A DNA stretch of 64,000 bases. Origin: Chloroflexota bacterium. Its GTDB lineage: Bacteria > Chloroflexota > Dehalococcoidia > DSTF01 > RBG-16-68-14. This document shows positions 63,801 through 64,000 of the stretch, piece after piece. The DNA lies in NCBI GenBank assembly GCA_029262675.1, contig JAJCYW010000010.1, positions 129,166 through 193,165 on the forward strand. Direction: 5' to 3'. The notes under the pieces are model-generated. The model was not told where the DNA came from and did no database searches. It saw only the letters and a list, made by a program, of their open reading frames with translations. Every line of letters begins with the position of its first letter. The first letter of the stretch is position 1. The position numbers and the translations under genes were made by a program.

Positions 63801-63995
63801 CGCGCCGCACGTGATCGGCGTTGGTGTAGCCGTGGGCGTTGACGTTGGCCCGCCAGGCGTCGGCGTTGAGGTCGGTGTCAATGTCGGGCATGTAGTCGTG
63901 CCCAAGACGGTCGCGGTGCCATTGTGCAGCGAGCGCGGGATCGGCGTGCCGAGCGTATCGGCGATGTCTGCGTTTGCCAGGATCAGCGTGCTCAC
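60861..63995 (-). CDS. Scaffoldin-like surface protein J (N-terminus beyond window end): >=3 cohesin-like modules + class-2 dockerin-like module + long PT-rich region + LPDTG sortase signal
   Basis: Three cohesin hallmarks (LGAFQFTLRYDPLVVSA..GVLAFITLRGEAAGISLLTF; LGAFQFMLSYSPSVILS..GVIATATFFALAEGLSPLHL; LGGFELHVAYDNNTVSL..GTFAFARITVTP) separated by PTPT linkers. DINVDCAVNVIDHQMVAGRFGV...DGDIDISDLQTVYGRTGSTC. C-terminus GLPDTGGADGSSGDVLPTTLAIAGLAGGAVLLAWSQLLWWRRRQG. ORF still open at 63995. Confidence 0.65.
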   Translation of the reverse strand: MSTLILANADIADTLGTPIPRSLHNGTATVLGTTTCPTLTPTSTPTPGGPTSTPTATPTPITCGAAVVFILCPQPQSQTVNLSSETILEVAVANAPELGAFQFTLRYDPLVVSAPSVSPGPFLSSTSRIVTCLVPTAGPGFIQYTCVSIEPTPAGPTGTGVLAFITLRGEAAGISLLTFEDVIFTDVPGLAYPTAALGVGEITVVEGATPTPTLSPTATLSPTPTVTPTPCPGGICPTPTVTPTPTITPTPTDTPIPPPTATFTPTPTSTTPAGPVTIRIDPVSQNAPVGTIVTADIVVDNVADLGAFQFMLSYSPSVILSQSLVVGPFLGSTGRNVVCLPPIVGVSDVEFSCNTIGTTPPGANGSGVIATATFFALAEGLSPLHLSGPIIVDVPGAAQLPIVTQDGVVIVIPPATPTPVATPTPTPTVTPTATPGIPSLNSSSLTTTLRTVAITAHKSVAYPGVTGPAGVQSEQDIVSVIKEPAESNLFLGNGSLVLYERAQNVPEGSGLGGFELHVAYDNNTVSLDIDASPFLQELEGTDRTATCLENRTEGAVRFGCVTTGVDPGPSGTFAFARITVTPLARIPIRPAPNNGIEVILDDVTANTRLVGALEDGIPVSFVGDAKVIVRALESDINVDCAVNVIDHQMVAGRFGVSEGSTLYQERYDLEPAIRPDGDIDISDLQTVYGRTGSTCAQPWGIQDPPSKSTETPTPSVTPEATATPGPTGETPSSTPTASPSPQPTATVTTAPATATAAATATATATPGGAGAGSPTPDPTVTSTATATPALTATDTPAPSTTPEPSATPDGSGTPVPTSDASPTATHTWTPQPTWTQEPTWTPVPTWTAEPTWTPAIAAIPTPTPTTPPPPTATVIPLPTFGTPAVPPTSTPAPANTATPVPAIPPTDTPAPGAPPSTATPAFIPPTDTPAPGAPPSTATPASPTGSATPIQAPVPTSTPTLVRDSGPILKTPVAGLPDTGGADGSSGDVLPTTLAIAGLAGGAVLLAWSQLLWWRRRQGVTPAPFQPRFRPAPSRRQEDTDGPR

Positions 63996-64000
63996 GCCGC

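Noticed and set aside
46080-63995. Possibility that this is a classical cellulosome (enzymes on a scaffoldin)
   Set aside because: I found no glycoside-hydrolase, carbohydrate-esterase or polysaccharide-lyase signatures in any dockerin-bearing protein, and no obvious CBM3-like module in the scaffold. Hence the call as a non-cellulosomal cohesin-dockerin system. A database search could still reveal distant CAZy domains.

Overview
High-GC (~65-70%) bacterial chromosomal segment, possibly Chloroflexota or Actinobacteria; lineage not determinable from sequence alone. The many long antisense ORFs in the six-frame track are GC-driven shadow ORFs. Layout: (1) 1-8.4 kb: a 5'-truncated LeuA/CimA-family synthase, an MmpL/RND transporter, an orphan lipoprotein SBP, a DinB-like protein, an OmpR/HisKA two-component pair and a small Zn-ribbon protein. 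(2) 8.5-23.9 kb: a 14-gene, translationally coupled minus-strand surface-glycan operon, ending just before a tRNA-Pro(CGG). It contains a complete WbpA/B/E/D/I-like set for UDP-2,3-diacetamido-2,3-dideoxy-mannuronate, a PglF/CapD-like dehydratase, a PglC-like phosphoglycosyltransferase, a PglE-like aminotransferase, a SAM-dependent methyltransferase, one GT2, three GT4 and a Wzx flippase. (3) 24-43 kb: housekeeping genes (TPR protein, ABC-2 exporter, C26 peptidase, LipJ-like hydrolase-adenylyl cyclase fusion, gyrA, thiL-tsaE-tsaB-ndk, rsfS, mnmA, others), an 89-bp tandem repeat between convergent genes, and an isolated FN3+dockerin protein. (4) 43.5-64 kb: two tandem tRNA-Ser genes, a sortase and a TolB-like lipoprotein, followed by ten consecutive minus-strand genes for secreted modular proteins. 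Together these look like a non-cellulosomal cohesin-dockerin cell-surface assembly. There is an LPDTG-anchored scaffoldin with at least 3 cohesin-like modules plus a divergent dockerin, truncated by the window end. There is also a membrane-anchored single-cohesin protein, a cohesin+dockerin adaptor, and six dockerin proteins. Most of these dockerin proteins carry a recurring ~160-aa N-terminal domain I do not recognise rather than glycoside-hydrolase domains, joined by Pro/Thr-rich linkers. All domain calls are from reading the translations, without database searches.
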